Positions 45,148-55,151 of a stretch of DNA of 64,000 nucleotides are shown here, one piece after another; positions within the stretch are counted from its first letter, which is position 1; each line of letters starts with the position of its first letter. The stretch covers positions 70,202 through 134,201 of the forward strand of contig CAZMZJ010000006.1 of NCBI GenBank assembly GCA_964570825.1, read 5' to 3'. A program made the position numbers and the translations under genes. This DNA is from an uncultured Lachnospiraceae bacterium (lineage in GTDB: Bacteria > Bacillota > Clostridia > Oscillospirales > CAG-272). A model generated the notes under the pieces. That model was not told the DNA's origin and ran no database searches. It was given only the letters and a program-made list of their open reading frames with translations.

Positions 45148-46032
45148 ATGCGGAGAATATATAACGACGTAACAGACCGCCGGCGTAGCCGCGCGGAAAA
45201 TATTGCGAATTCAGCCGTAATAATTATACTCATATTGTTAGCCGTATGCTTAATCGAGTTGGCCGTTCTTGCGATTCTGAACGTGCGGCTGCGCGCAAGA
45301 GGGCTTGACAATCCGGAGAGCGGGAAACAGCCTGAAACGACGGCGGCATCGGATTCAACGACGGCGGCACAGAACGTCAATATTCCGGGGTATAACTCGG
45401 CATATCTTGACCTAACCCCGGATTACGGGCAGGGATACATCGATAAAATAATATTTGTCGGCGACAGTACGACATATGGAATGAAATCGAAGAATTACGC
45501 ATGCCTGACCGGCGGAACGGAAACGAAACAGGTCTGGACGCCTGAGAGCGGCACTCTTTCTCTTGACATCGATATTGCGAACGCTCTAATCGTCTACCCG
45601 CGGACCGGGACGAATATGACGATAGCGGAAGCCGCCGCGCTTGAAAAACCCGAGTATATGGTGATAACTTTGGGGCTTAATAACGGCGTTCCTTTTCTGA
45701 ACGAGACGCAGTTCAAGCAGTGCTACCGCAAGCTGCTCGACGCGATCGTCAAAGCCTCGCCCGGCACAAAAATCATGCTCCAGTCGATTTATCCTGTAGC
45801 AAGCAACAATACAAAAGAAACAATAACGAATGAAAAGATCGACCGTGCGAACGTCTGGGTGTCGGAGCTCGCGCTAGAATACGGGCTCAGATATCTGAAC
45901 ACCAATCCCTCTCTCAAGGGCGCCGACGGCTATCTCAATATGAGCTACCAGAACGGAGACGGCATACATTTCAACAAATCGGGGTTTGAAGCGGTGCTCT
46001 ATTATATCAGAACACACGGCTATCCGTCGTGA
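45148..46032 (+). CDS. membrane-anchored SGNH/GDSL hydrolase
   Basis: An N-terminal TM helix is followed by block I IIFVGDSTTYG and block V GDGIHFN. Confidence 0.7.
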   Translation: MRRIYNDVTDRRRSRAENIANSAVIIILILLAVCLIELAVLAILNVRLRARGLDNPESGKQPETTAASDSTTAAQNVNIPGYNSAYLDLTPDYGQGYIDKIIFVGDSTTYGMKSKNYACLTGGTETKQVWTPESGTLSLDIDIANALIVYPRTGTNMTIAEAAALEKPEYMVITLGLNNGVPFLNETQFKQCYRKLLDAIVKASPGTKIMLQSIYPVASNNTKETITNEKIDRANVWVSELALEYGLRYLNTNPSLKGADGYLNMSYQNGDGIHFNKSGFEAVLYYIRTHGYPS

Positions 46033-46090
46033 AAGCGGGTTAAACCGATATTTTCTTATGCTGATAACAAAAATATTACGGAGATAAATT

Positions 46091-46594
46091 ATGAAGTATG
46101 CTGCAATAAAAACGATCTGTATTTTTGCCGCGTTTGTATTCGCGCTCTCGGGGCTTTCCTCATGCGGGGAAAAAACGTCGTATAAAAACGACGTGCCGGC
46201 AAGCACCGTCTGCGATGCTGCCGAGGCCTGCATCCCGACCGCCGACGGCTATTATTCCGCCGACAGCGATTATCTCGGCTTTTATTTCGACGGAGCCGAC
46301 GTATTGATAGAGGAATACGGCATCCGTTTTGCCCGCTCCAGCACGAACATAAACGAGTTCGGCGTATTCAAGGTCAAGGACGGGCAGGCAGCTGCGATGG
46401 AAACTCTCTGCAAGAGCTATCTTGAACTCAAGCTTGATCGCTGGGTGGCGCAGGCGGATTATATAGAATCCGAATATCCTAAGATGCGTGACGCGGAGGT
46501 TAAGGTTTACGGCAATTATGTGGTTTATGCGATACTGACAAAAAGCGACAGGGCGTCGGTGTTCAGCGCGATCGAAAGCCTGCTGAAAAAATAA
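46091..46594 (+). CDS. DUF4358-like lipoprotein (from memory)
   Basis: A lipobox LSGLSSCGEK is present, and FGVFKVKDGQAAAMETLCKSYLE...VKVYGNYVVYAIL. Confidence 0.45.
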   Translation: MKYAAIKTICIFAAFVFALSGLSSCGEKTSYKNDVPASTVCDAAEACIPTADGYYSADSDYLGFYFDGADVLIEEYGIRFARSSTNINEFGVFKVKDGQAAAMETLCKSYLELKLDRWVAQADYIESEYPKMRDAEVKVYGNYVVYAILTKSDRASVFSAIESLLKK

Positions 46595-46602
46595 AAGCAG
46601 AT

Positions 46603-46636
46603 GAAAGAGGGCATCAAAATGATGCCCTCTTTTTTA
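46603..46636. terminator. bidirectional terminator overlapping the ldh stop codon
   Basis: aagagggcatc-aaaat-gatgccctctt followed by TTTTT. Confidence 0.65.
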
Positions 46637-47578
46637 TATATTCAGCTGCGAGATAACCTCTTTGAGGCTTGCCGCGCATTTTTTCAGCAATTTGCGCTCC
46701 TGATCGTTTATGTTAGTCTCAAGCCTTCCCTTGACGCCCTCCTTGCCGATAACTGTAAGGACGCTAAGGCATACGTCGTCGATGCCGAATTCGCCGCGGA
46801 GCATGCTTGAAACCAGCAGAACCGTGTCGGTTCCGCTGACAATGCATTTGCAGATGTGGGCCGCCGCAATGGCGACCGCATAGAACGTGGAGCCTTTGCG
46901 CTCGATCACCTTGGCGCCGGACGTACGGATGTATTCCGCGACCTCGTCAAACTCAAGCGGCGTCTTTTCCTTTTCCTTAAGATATGTGTCGTTGTAGTTG
47001 ACAAGGTCGATGCTTGAGATTCTTGCGACGGACCAGGGAATGAACATACTGTCCCCGTGCTCGCCGAAAACATATGAATGCACGTTTGCCTTGTTGACCG
47101 AGAAGTGCTCGGCGATATACGAGCGCAGGCGCGCGGTGTCAAGTATTGTGCCGGTGCCGAGTATACGGTTCTCAGGGAGCCCCGATATTTTGCAGAACAC
47201 ATAGGTAAGCACGTCGACAGGATTGCTGACAATAATATAGACAGCGTCCGGCGCATGCTTCACTATCTGCGGTGTGATGTCCTTGAGAATGTTGACGTTT
47301 GCCTGCGCAAGATCGAGGCGGCTCTGACCGGGCTTGCGCGCCATGCCGGAAGTGATGACGACAATGTCCGAGTTTTCCGCGTCGGCATATGTGCCCGAGC
47401 GGACGATGACGGGATCGCAGAACGCGGTTCCCTGATCGATATCCATAGCCTCGCCGGCAGCCTTCTCCTCGTTAATATCAATTAGAAGAATTTCGTTGAC
47501 ATCTCCGCTGATGGCAAGCGTATACGCGATTGTTGAGCCGACATTGCCGGCGCCTATGATTGTAACTTTCCGTTTCAT
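46634..47578 (-). CDS. ldh: L-lactate dehydrogenase
   Basis: The product begins MKRKVTIIGAGNVGSTIAYTLA and contains GEHGDS, GTILDTARLR and the catalytic His context. It is 314 aa. Confidence 0.9.
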   Translation of the reverse strand: MKRKVTIIGAGNVGSTIAYTLAISGDVNEILLIDINEEKAAGEAMDIDQGTAFCDPVIVRSGTYADAENSDIVVITSGMARKPGQSRLDLAQANVNILKDITPQIVKHAPDAVYIIVSNPVDVLTYVFCKISGLPENRILGTGTILDTARLRSYIAEHFSVNKANVHSYVFGEHGDSMFIPWSVARISSIDLVNYNDTYLKEKEKTPLEFDEVAEYIRTSGAKVIERKGSTFYAVAIAAAHICKCIVSGTDTVLLVSSMLRGEFGIDDVCLSVLTVIGKEGVKGRLETNINDQERKLLKKCAASLKEVISQLNI

Positions 47579-47865
47579 AGCAGTACTCCTTTACCGTTGC
47601 ATCTGTATTTCAAATTGCAAATATTATTCTGCCTGTTTTGGCCAAGCTGCCAAGCTTGATTTGAGCTTCAAAAAGAAATTACAAATATTGTATCACAATA
47701 CTGAAATCGGCGCAAGTACTACTGTCAAAAAAATCACAATAGAAATGAATAAACTTTTTCACAAATGCGGGTGTGAAAGTTGTATATTCTGTCAAAAACC
47801 AATTATAAAAATGAATATTTCCGTCATCGGGTTTTGACGCTGATTTCAGTTACAGGCGGCAGAAT

Positions 47866-47905
47866 CACAAAAAGGCGGCATCCGTGTCCGGAGACCGCCT
47901 TGCCT
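47866..47905 (-). terminator. rho-independent terminator after eno
   Basis: On the minus strand: aaggcggtctccggacacggatgccgcc followed by TTTTTGTG. Confidence 0.55.
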
Positions 47906-47921
47906 TTTATTCATACCGCTC

Positions 47922-49211
47922 TTAACCTGAGCCGTTTTTTTTCGTTTCCCCAAAAACCGCGTCTGAACCTATCGCCGATTCGATTCTGAGCAGCCTGTTG
48001 TATTTTGCTACCCGTTCGCTCCGGCAGGGTGCGCCGGTCTTGATGAATGGGGAGCAGACAGCCACCGCGATGTCAGCGAGAGTTGTGTCCTCTGTTTCTC
48101 CCGAGCGGTGAGACAGGATGAATTTGTATCCCGCCTCCTTAGCAAGGTCAATGACCTGCAAAGCTTCCGTGAGGGTGCCGATTTGGTTGGGCTTTATAAG
48201 AATTGCGTTTGCCGCCTTCTTTTCGATTCCCTCGGAGAGCCGTTTTTTGTTTGTTACGAACAGATCGTCGCCGACAAGCATGACTCTGCCGCCGAGGCGC
48301 GCTGTCAGCGTCTGCCAGCCGGCGTAATCCCTCTGGTCAAGCGCGTCCTCAAGAGAAATTATCGGGTATTTACCGATAAGCGTTTCCCAGTAATCTATCA
48401 GCTCCTCGCGCGTCTTTTTCTCTTTCCGCTTGGGCAGAAAATACCAGCCTTCCTCGCTGTACCACTCGCCCGAAGCCGCGTCAAGAGCAATCTTAACCGT
48501 ATCGGTGTTATACCCGGACTTTTCAATCGCCTGAATTATAAGCTGTATTGCTTCCTCGTCGCTCGCAAGATCCGGAGCGAATCCCCCCTCGTCGCCTACT
48601 GTGGTTGTTTTGCCGTCGGTTTTCAATATCATGCCGAGCGTATGGGTTATCTCGCTGCATATCCTGAGCGCCTCGGAGAAGTTCTGCGCCCCTGAGGGCA
48701 CTATCATGAATTCCTGAATTTCAATATTATTCGATGCGTGCGCCCCGCCGTTGAGGATGTTCATCATCGGCACCGGCAGGCGGTTCGCATTGGCTCCGCC
48801 GAGATAACGGAAAACCGGCATACCGTACCAGTTTGCCGAGGCGCGCGCAACGGCAAGGGACACGGAGAGGATTGCGTTGGCTCCCAGCCGGCTCTTGTTT
48901 TCTGTGCCGTCCAGCTCTATCATTTTTCGGTCAATCTGCGCCTGCTCGGTGGCGTAAAGCCCCATAAGGGCCGGCGATATTTCCTTTATAATATTCTTTA
49001 CCGCGCCGAGCACGCCTTTGCCGCCATATCTTAGCGGGTCGCCGTCGCGCAGCTCGTGAGCTTCATATATACCCGTCGACGCGCCCGACGGCGCAGCGGC
49101 AACTCCCACCGTACCGTCGTCAAGCAGAACCGTGGCTTCGACAGTCGGATTTCCGCGTGAATCGAGAATTTCACGCGCGCTGCATCTGATTATCTGCGGT
49201 TTGTTCATCAT
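47922..49211 (-). CDS. eno: enolase (phosphopyruvate hydratase)
   Basis: The product contains [22 protein letters not shown] and [14 protein letters not shown]...[10 protein letters not shown]. It is 429 aa. Confidence 0.95.
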   Translation of the reverse strand: MMNKPQIIRCSAREILDSRGNPTVEATVLLDDGTVGVAAAPSGASTGIYEAHELRDGDPLRYGGKGVLGAVKNIIKEISPALMGLYATEQAQIDRKMIELDGTENKSRLGANAILSVSLAVARASANWYGMPVFRYLGGANANRLPVPMMNILNGGAHASNNIEIQEFMIVPSGAQNFSEALRICSEITHTLGMILKTDGKTTTVGDEGGFAPDLASDEEAIQLIIQAIEKSGYNTDTVKIALDAASGEWYSEEGWYFLPKRKEKKTREELIDYWETLIGKYPIISLEDALDQRDYAGWQTLTARLGGRVMLVGDDLFVTNKKRLSEGIEKKAANAILIKPNQIGTLTEALQVIDLAKEAGYKFILSHRSGETEDTTLADIAVAVCSPFIKTGAPCRSERVAKYNRLLRIESAIGSDAVFGETKKNGSG

Positions 49212-49344
49212 TCATGTCAACTCCTTTACGTTTATTTAGTATCTGCAGACACGAAGGCAAATATTCAGCTTGATTTTCGTGCCGTTAACGCACCGCGCTC
49301 TGTCCGGCATATACTGAAAATGATATTTTATAAAGGAGATAACA

Positions 49345-50646
49345 ATGGTAATATATACCGTTAAATCCGGCGACACGCTTTACAGCATCGCCCGCCGCTA
49401 CGGGACAACCGCTTCGCGGCTTGCTTCCGACAATGCGATAATGAATCCCGCGGCATTATCTGTCGGGCAATCGCTTGTCATACTTCAGCCGACGCTGACG
49501 TACTCTGTCAGACCCGGCGATACGCTCTTTTCGGTCGCGCGCCAGTTCGGCGTCAGCATCAATCAGCTCTGGCGCAACAATCCGTTTCTTCAGGGAAAAA
49601 TCGAAATTGTTCCGGGACAGGTGCTTTTCGTCACGCTTCCGGCGCCCGAACTCGGACGCGGTGCTGAAGTGACCGGATACGCCTATCCCTTCATAGACCG
49701 CGGGATCTTGCGCGCCGCTCTTCCGTATCTTACATATCTGTCGGTTTTTTCATACGGAATGAGGTCTGACGGGACGCTTATTCCGATTGAAAACGACGAC
49801 GAGCTGATATCTCTTGCAAGAGAATACGGCGTCGCGCCGATAATGATGATTTCCTCGCTTGGCGAGGGCGGCAACTTTTCGCCCGAGCTTGTGGTGAAGG
49901 TACTGTCAGACCCGGCGCTGCAGGAGACTCTTGTCGGCGATATTGAAAAAACCGTGAGCGAAAAGGGATATTCCGGAGTGGAATTTGACCTTGAGTATAT
50001 TGACGCGGCCTTTGCGGGCGAGTACGCGTCTCTTGTTAAAAAAACGCGGGAACGCTTAAATCCCGGCGGCTATCTTGTTTTTGCCGATCTCGCCCCCAAG
50101 GAAAGCGCCGTTAAACGCGGACTTCTCTACGAGGGGCACGACTATTCGGCTCTCGGCGAGGCAGCCGACCGCCTGCTGCTGATGACATACGAATACGGTT
50201 TTACATACAGCCCGCCCATGGCGATAGCTCCCGTCCCTCAGGTCAAGGGGGTGCTCGATTACGCGGTATCCGCCGTTCCGCCGGTGAAGCTTCTGCTTGG
50301 GGTGCCGAATTACGCCTACAACTGGACGCTGCCGCACGTCAAGGGAGTATCGAAAGCCGAGTCGATGACAAATCTTGAGGCGGTAAATCTTGCGGCGCGC
50401 AAGAAAGCCATGATACAGTATGACGCATATTCCGAGGCGCCGTATTACAACTATTTCGACCGCACGCCAAAAGGCCCTGTCGAGCACGAGGTCTGGTTTG
50501 GCGACCCGCGCAGCTACAACGCGTCCTTCAGGCTGATAAAAGAATATAATCTCGGGGGCACGGGCATATGGACGATAATGGGATATCTGCCGCAGCTCTG
50601 GCTTGTGCTGAACTCGCTGTACTCGATCGATAAGGTGCTTGAATAA
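49345..50646 (+). CDS. 2xLysM + glycoside hydrolase family 18 protein (YaaH/SleL-like cortex-lytic type)
   Basis: Two LysM repeats are present (YTVKSGDTLYSIARRYG; YSVRPGDTLFSVARQFG), together with the GH18 catalytic block YSGVEFDLEY. Confidence 0.8.
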   Translation: MVIYTVKSGDTLYSIARRYGTTASRLASDNAIMNPAALSVGQSLVILQPTLTYSVRPGDTLFSVARQFGVSINQLWRNNPFLQGKIEIVPGQVLFVTLPAPELGRGAEVTGYAYPFIDRGILRAALPYLTYLSVFSYGMRSDGTLIPIENDDELISLAREYGVAPIMMISSLGEGGNFSPELVVKVLSDPALQETLVGDIEKTVSEKGYSGVEFDLEYIDAAFAGEYASLVKKTRERLNPGGYLVFADLAPKESAVKRGLLYEGHDYSALGEAADRLLLMTYEYGFTYSPPMAIAPVPQVKGVLDYAVSAVPPVKLLLGVPNYAYNWTLPHVKGVSKAESMTNLEAVNLAARKKAMIQYDAYSEAPYYNYFDRTPKGPVEHEVWFGDPRSYNASFRLIKEYNLGGTGIWTIMGYLPQLWLVLNSLYSIDKVLE

Positions 50647-50712
50647 ACTCATTATAATAATACCGTTTTGCGCGGGTATGCCGCATACCGGCTCAATAAA
50701 CTCAAACGAAAG

Positions 50713-50752
50713 ACCGGGCGACGGGTATTAACTCCCCGTCGCCCGTTTTATT
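50713..50752 (+). terminator. rho-independent terminator
   Basis: cgggcgacggg-(9 nt)-cccgtcgcccg followed by TTTTATT. Confidence 0.65.
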
Positions 50753-50830
50753 CTGATTTATTGCCTGTCAACGGCAAATCGATGCCGAACACGGCGTCGC
50801 TGTATAGTTCTTTCAAGTTATAATTTTTTA

Positions 50831-51301
50831 TCAGCCATCCGTTCCGGGTTCGCCTTTCAAATTTGTTTTAAGCTTGTTAAGTTCCTTGAGAAAGGTATCA
50901 AGATCCTTGAACTCGCGGTAGACCGAGGCGAATCTGACATACGCCACCTCGTCGCGCGCCTTTAGCTTATCCATCACCATCTCGCCAAGCTCGCGCGACG
51001 TTACCTCAAGCCGCAGCGAATTTTGAAGCTCGGCTTCGATCTCGGCGACTATCTCCTCGGCGTTGACCGGACGTTTCTGGCAGGCCTTGAGGATTCCCGA
51101 GAGCAGCTTGTTCCTGTCGAACAGCTCTTTTGAGCCGTCTTTTTTTATGACGACAATCTGAACCGACTCGACGACCTCAAACGTGGTAAAACGTTTCGCG
51201 CAGGAAAGGCATTCGCGGCGCCGCCTTATGCTGCTGCCGTCGGAAACCGGTCTGGAATCAATAACCTTACTGTCAGGATATCCGCAGGATGGACATTTCA
51301 T
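50831..51301 (-). CDS. nrdR: transcriptional repressor NrdR
   Basis: The product begins with the zinc ribbon [42 protein letters not shown], followed by an ATP-cone. Confidence 0.95.
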   Translation of the reverse strand: MKCPSCGYPDSKVIDSRPVSDGSSIRRRRECLSCAKRFTTFEVVESVQIVVIKKDGSKELFDRNKLLSGILKACQKRPVNAEEIVAEIEAELQNSLRLEVTSRELGEMVMDKLKARDEVAYVRFASVYREFKDLDTFLKELNKLKTNLKGEPGTDG

Positions 51302-51501
51302 ACTTTCAGCAGCCGCGTCAGCGGCATCATTCCTTTCATTTTATTTGCTCAGAATACTTGTTTCTGATTTATATTACCACAATATCTGCCGAAAGTAAAG
51401 TAAAATTTTTGATATTGCCACAATATTTTGATCGTCATGTAAAATCTCGCCGGTTGGAATCTTTTATGTTGTCAGGCCGAGCTTTAACGGAAAAGCGGCA
51501 A

Positions 51502-51531
51502 TAAAAAAGCCGCCACGGCATCCCGCGGCGC
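51502..51531 (-). terminator. candidate terminator downstream of the 51599-51946 ORF
   Basis: On the minus strand: gccgcgggatgccgtggcggc followed by TTTTTT. Confidence 0.5.
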
Positions 51532-51598
51532 ATAACACAATGATTTTTCATCACTTCGGGTGCGCGGGTGCGGAATATGACGGCTTTCGAACCTGTTA

Positions 51599-51946
51599 TC
51601 AGTTAAAGGCAAAGATCTGCGCTGCGTCGGCCTCCTCCTCAGCGGCGTCGGGAAGCAAGTCTTCCATAATAAACGGAAGCGTGCAGGGAGTCACGCAGCC
51701 TCTTGCAACAATCGCGAAGATGTTTTCGGCCTGGTTTCTGTCTCTTCCCGCATAACAATAAACTTTTTCACGCTTGTAGCCGGCATAGACCTGATAAACA
51801 GCCGTGCCGTCGCGTCTGGTTTGGTATAAACGATAGATGACCTCGCTGCCGAGCACCGTAGACGTGCTTTGCATGATAAGTACCCGGCCCTTTTGTTGTT
51901 TTGTGGTTTCGGCTTTTGCTGAAGCGCTTGAAACAATGTAGCTCAT
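51599..51946 (-). CDS. small hypothetical protein (115 aa)
   Basis: The ATG at 51946 follows AAGGAG. The protein is acidic at its C-terminus. It possibly belongs to a clostridial DUF family, but that is not verifiable here. Confidence 0.45.
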   Translation of the reverse strand: MSYIVSSASAKAETTKQQKGRVLIMQSTSTVLGSEVIYRLYQTRRDGTAVYQVYAGYKREKVYCYAGRDRNQAENIFAIVARGCVTPCTLPFIMEDLLPDAAEEEADAAQIFAFN

Positions 51947-52284
51947 GGGCGTCTCCTTATGTTTATTATTATTTGTGCCAATTATATCATGCGAACAAAT
52001 GATCCGCATGATTAAGGATGATATTAGGTATAATATTAAAATTACCATAATTTAACATAGTGTTATTAAAAAAACTGCCGCGCCAGAAATTTAATGTAGA
52101 ATAATGTTCATAAATTTGTTATACTGAATATGAAAAAATTCATCTGTAATACAAAAAAGGCCCGAGTAGAAAATTTGTTCGCATTTAATTAAAATTTCAT
52201 TTTTTTAATTTATTAACATGGTACATGATAACATATTATCAAATGACCATATTTATACAATATGTCTAAAAAAGGAGAATAGAT

Positions 52285-52572
52285 TTGAAAAATACATACA
52301 AAAATCGAAAAGGCGGTTTTCGCTGTCTTGGTCTTGCCGGGCATCTGAGCCGTATGTCGCGCCGTTCGCTGCTGGCGCTTAACATCTGCCTTCCGATAAT
52401 ACTTTTGGTGCTCATAGCGATGATTTTCAAACTTGACGAAGCGGTTCGGGAGCATCCCGAAACGGTGACGCTTATCTACCATAAGATGCTCGAGTACATA
52501 ATCGCCGCCCTTGCCATCGCGATTTCCGGCGCGCTTCTGCTTGACGCGGCGGAGAAAAAGGACAAAAAATAA
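52285..52572 (+). CDS. small two-TM membrane protein (95 aa), TTG start
   Basis: An AAAAGGAG SD sits 7 nt upstream of the TTG. Two hydrophobic helices are present and a hairpin follows the ORF. Confidence 0.35.
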   Translation: MKNTYKNRKGGFRCLGLAGHLSRMSRRSLLALNICLPIILLVLIAMIFKLDEAVREHPETVTLIYHKMLEYIIAALAIAISGALLLDAAEKKDKK

Positions 52573-52610
52573 AAACCAAAAGGAGAGCCTTGTTAAAAGC
52601 TCTCCTTATA
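52572..52610. terminator. terminator hairpin shared by the helicase operon (minus) and the small ORF (plus)
   Basis: aaggagagc-(10 nt)-gctctcctt, with a strong U-run on the minus-strand reading (ccttttggttttt). Confidence 0.55.
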
Positions 52611-52723
52611 GCTTATAGAGTTTTTATTAAACCGCTCGCGCCTTAACCGAAGCCGGCAGCATTGTCCGTCATGCCTTCCGCCGGCCTCGTTCCTCATGCG
52701 CCGCGGATATATGATGCGCGATG

Positions 52724-55051
52724 TCAGTACTCCGCAAGCATTTCATTTAGCCTTCTCTCCGCCTCGTCGGCGCGGAGCCTGTCGGCCGCGTATGCCTTTC
52801 TCAGCAGTTCTCCCGGTATGAAGTCGTCATACTTGTCAAACACCGGGAGCTCACCCGCTGAAACGAGCGCCTCGCAGTCGATTCCTTCGGTTCTTGCTTT
52901 GTCTGCAAGAGCTTTTATAAGTTCGTAATCATTGCCCCGCTCCATGCGGAACGTCATATAGCAGCAGCCTTCAAAATCAAGGTTTGAAATTTTGAATTCC
53001 TTTGAATTCTGCGCAAGGTACTTGCGCAGCGTTCTGAACGAACGCGTGCCGAGCCACGGGAAAAGGCACCACGAGTATCCTCCGAGGCAAACCATCGAAT
53101 GCTCGAGCATCCCTGTGTTCCGCGCAAGATGCCGCGCCACATCGAGCCTCTGAACGGCATTCGGCTTGAGGTACGGATAAACCGTGTCCTCGGCGAGCAC
53201 TTTTTTCATCCTCTCAAGGATCCGCGTGTGAATTTCGCCGTAGTCGCCGGGCCATGCGATCTCCATCTTGCCCTCGACGCCCCTGACGTAAATCAGCTTG
53301 CGCTTGATGTCAAGCTCCTCGACCTCCCAGACGCGTCCGGCGAGAGCGAATCTGTCTCCCACAGGGGGCGGGGATGTGATGACTCCTATTTCGTCCGAGC
53401 CGCAGCGCACGGTATAGTCCTCGGTATCTTTGAAAACGGCGTAAAACCTGAAGCTTTTCATTAGTTTCTCGCCTTCAAGGCCAACAATAAGCCCTTTTTC
53501 CTCGGTCATCTCCAAAAAGCCGTCTTTCAGCATGGAAAGAATCAGGGTTTTGTAATCCTCCTTGCTCACCGCGGCGAACGGAGGCAGCGCAAGCACCCGG
53601 TCGGCAAGCCGTTTCGGCGTCAGCTCGCCCGACGCGCCGAGAATGCTCAGCGTCTGCTGGAACAGTAGCGAGAACGGCAGCTTCCGCACAAGCGGAGGCT
53701 CGATAAACCTTTCCTCGATGTACAGTTGTATTATCGCTATGGCCCTGAGCAGCCCCCATGGAATCAGCTGCGGCAGGGGAGTATTCGGCAGCGGATTTTC
53801 TTCGCGGAAAACCATCATCATCTCCGGTGGCTGTCCGCGGCGTCCCGAGCGACCGAGCCGCTGCAGGAAGCTTGAAACTGAGCTTGGCGCGTCGTTGTGC
53901 AGAACTCTCTCAAGCCGCCCGATGTCGACTCCAAGCTCAAGAGTGACGGTTGCGCAGGTGACGGCCTGAACGTTTTCGTCCTTCATTTTAAGCTCTGCTT
54001 CCTCGCGTATTGACGCGGAAAGGAATCCGTGATGAATCAGGAAGATATCCGGCTCGCCGCGCCGCTTGGCAATCTGCCTGAAGGTGGCGCAGATATATTC
54101 CGTTTCCTCGCGTGAATTTGAAAAGACAAGAGATTTCTTGTCCTTAACGCAGTCGTACATATATTCGTATCCCGCGTCAAGCTCCGCGGCAGCCGGCTGT
54201 TTCTGCCCGTTTGTGCTTTCCGCCGCCTCTGACGTCTCTCCGCCGTTCACTCGTGTTGCCGGAAGGCAATTTTTTTCGCTGTCAGCAATCGCGGGACGGT
54301 TTTCGTAGCTGCCGCGGTCTGTCTGGTCTTCCTTAAGGTTTTGAATATAAAAATGCTCAAGGCCGAGTCTCCAGCGGAGCTTTTCCTCTTTGAACAGCGG
54401 GATATCGGTCTTACGCATGGTTCCGGCCGACAGCCAGGCCGCTGCCAGCTCCGGGTCGCCGACAGTCGCTGAAAGTCCTATGCGGCGTGGCGTCCGGCCT
54501 ATAATGCGCGCGATCCGGCACAGCTGGCAGATTATCTGGTTGCCACGGTCGGCGCCTGTCAGGGTATGAATTTCGTCTATAATTATATATCGCAGGTCGC
54601 AGAAAAGCCGCACTATGTCGTTCGAGCGGTTGAGCAGCATAGACTCGAGCGACTCCGGCGTTATCTGGAGAATTCCGGACGGATTTTCGAGTAGTTTTCT
54701 CTTGTGTGAAGCTGCCACATCACCGTGCCAGTGAGTGACCCTGATGCCGGTCTGTTCGAGCAGCTCGTCGATTCTTGCAAACTGGTCGTTGATGAGGCTT
54801 TTCAGCGGCGCGATGTAAAGAACGCCGACCGATGCGGGCGGATTTTCCCATATGTCGGTGAGCACGGGGAAAAAGGCCGCCTCGGTCTTGCCGCTTGCTG
54901 TCGACGAGGTGAGAAGCAGGTTGTGGTCGGTTTCAAATATCGAATGTGCCGCCGCAATCTGGACAGCGCGAAGGCTGTCCCAGGAATGCGAGTAAATGAA
55001 TTCCCGTATGAAATCCGGAAATCTCTCGAAAATCATGTCGGCTTCCGTCAT
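52724..55051 (-). CDS. Lhr-like superfamily-2 DExH helicase with a C-terminal DEAD-associated region (third gene of a Shango-like module; BrxHI-like)
   Basis: Motif I is SSTASGKTEAAF, motif II YIIIDEIHTL, motif III GLSATVG and motif VI QRLGRSGRRG. The product is 775 aa and the SD is GGAGGTGGG. Confidence 0.85.
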   Translation of the reverse strand: MTEADMIFERFPDFIREFIYSHSWDSLRAVQIAAAHSIFETDHNLLLTSSTASGKTEAAFFPVLTDIWENPPASVGVLYIAPLKSLINDQFARIDELLEQTGIRVTHWHGDVAASHKRKLLENPSGILQITPESLESMLLNRSNDIVRLFCDLRYIIIDEIHTLTGADRGNQIICQLCRIARIIGRTPRRIGLSATVGDPELAAAWLSAGTMRKTDIPLFKEEKLRWRLGLEHFYIQNLKEDQTDRGSYENRPAIADSEKNCLPATRVNGGETSEAAESTNGQKQPAAAELDAGYEYMYDCVKDKKSLVFSNSREETEYICATFRQIAKRRGEPDIFLIHHGFLSASIREEAELKMKDENVQAVTCATVTLELGVDIGRLERVLHNDAPSSVSSFLQRLGRSGRRGQPPEMMMVFREENPLPNTPLPQLIPWGLLRAIAIIQLYIEERFIEPPLVRKLPFSLLFQQTLSILGASGELTPKRLADRVLALPPFAAVSKEDYKTLILSMLKDGFLEMTEEKGLIVGLEGEKLMKSFRFYAVFKDTEDYTVRCGSDEIGVITSPPPVGDRFALAGRVWEVEELDIKRKLIYVRGVEGKMEIAWPGDYGEIHTRILERMKKVLAEDTVYPYLKPNAVQRLDVARHLARNTGMLEHSMVCLGGYSWCLFPWLGTRSFRTLRKYLAQNSKEFKISNLDFEGCCYMTFRMERGNDYELIKALADKARTEGIDCEALVSAGELPVFDKYDDFIPGELLRKAYAADRLRADEAERRLNEMLAEY

Positions 55052-55151
55052 AAAATGCCCACCTCCGGAATACGCAAAGCGCGGGGCACCGCCCCGAACC
55101 TCCGATAATCGATAATATTGATGAAAATTTGTAAAAAATCGCAGAATGCCT

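Noticed and set aside
47757-47778. TTTCACAAATGCGGGTGTGAAA palindrome upstream of ldh as a Rex box
   Set aside because: The half-sites are in the reverse order (TTCACA...TGTGAA) relative to the Rex consensus (TGTGAA...TTCACA) and the spacing is wrong. It may simply be a hairpin.
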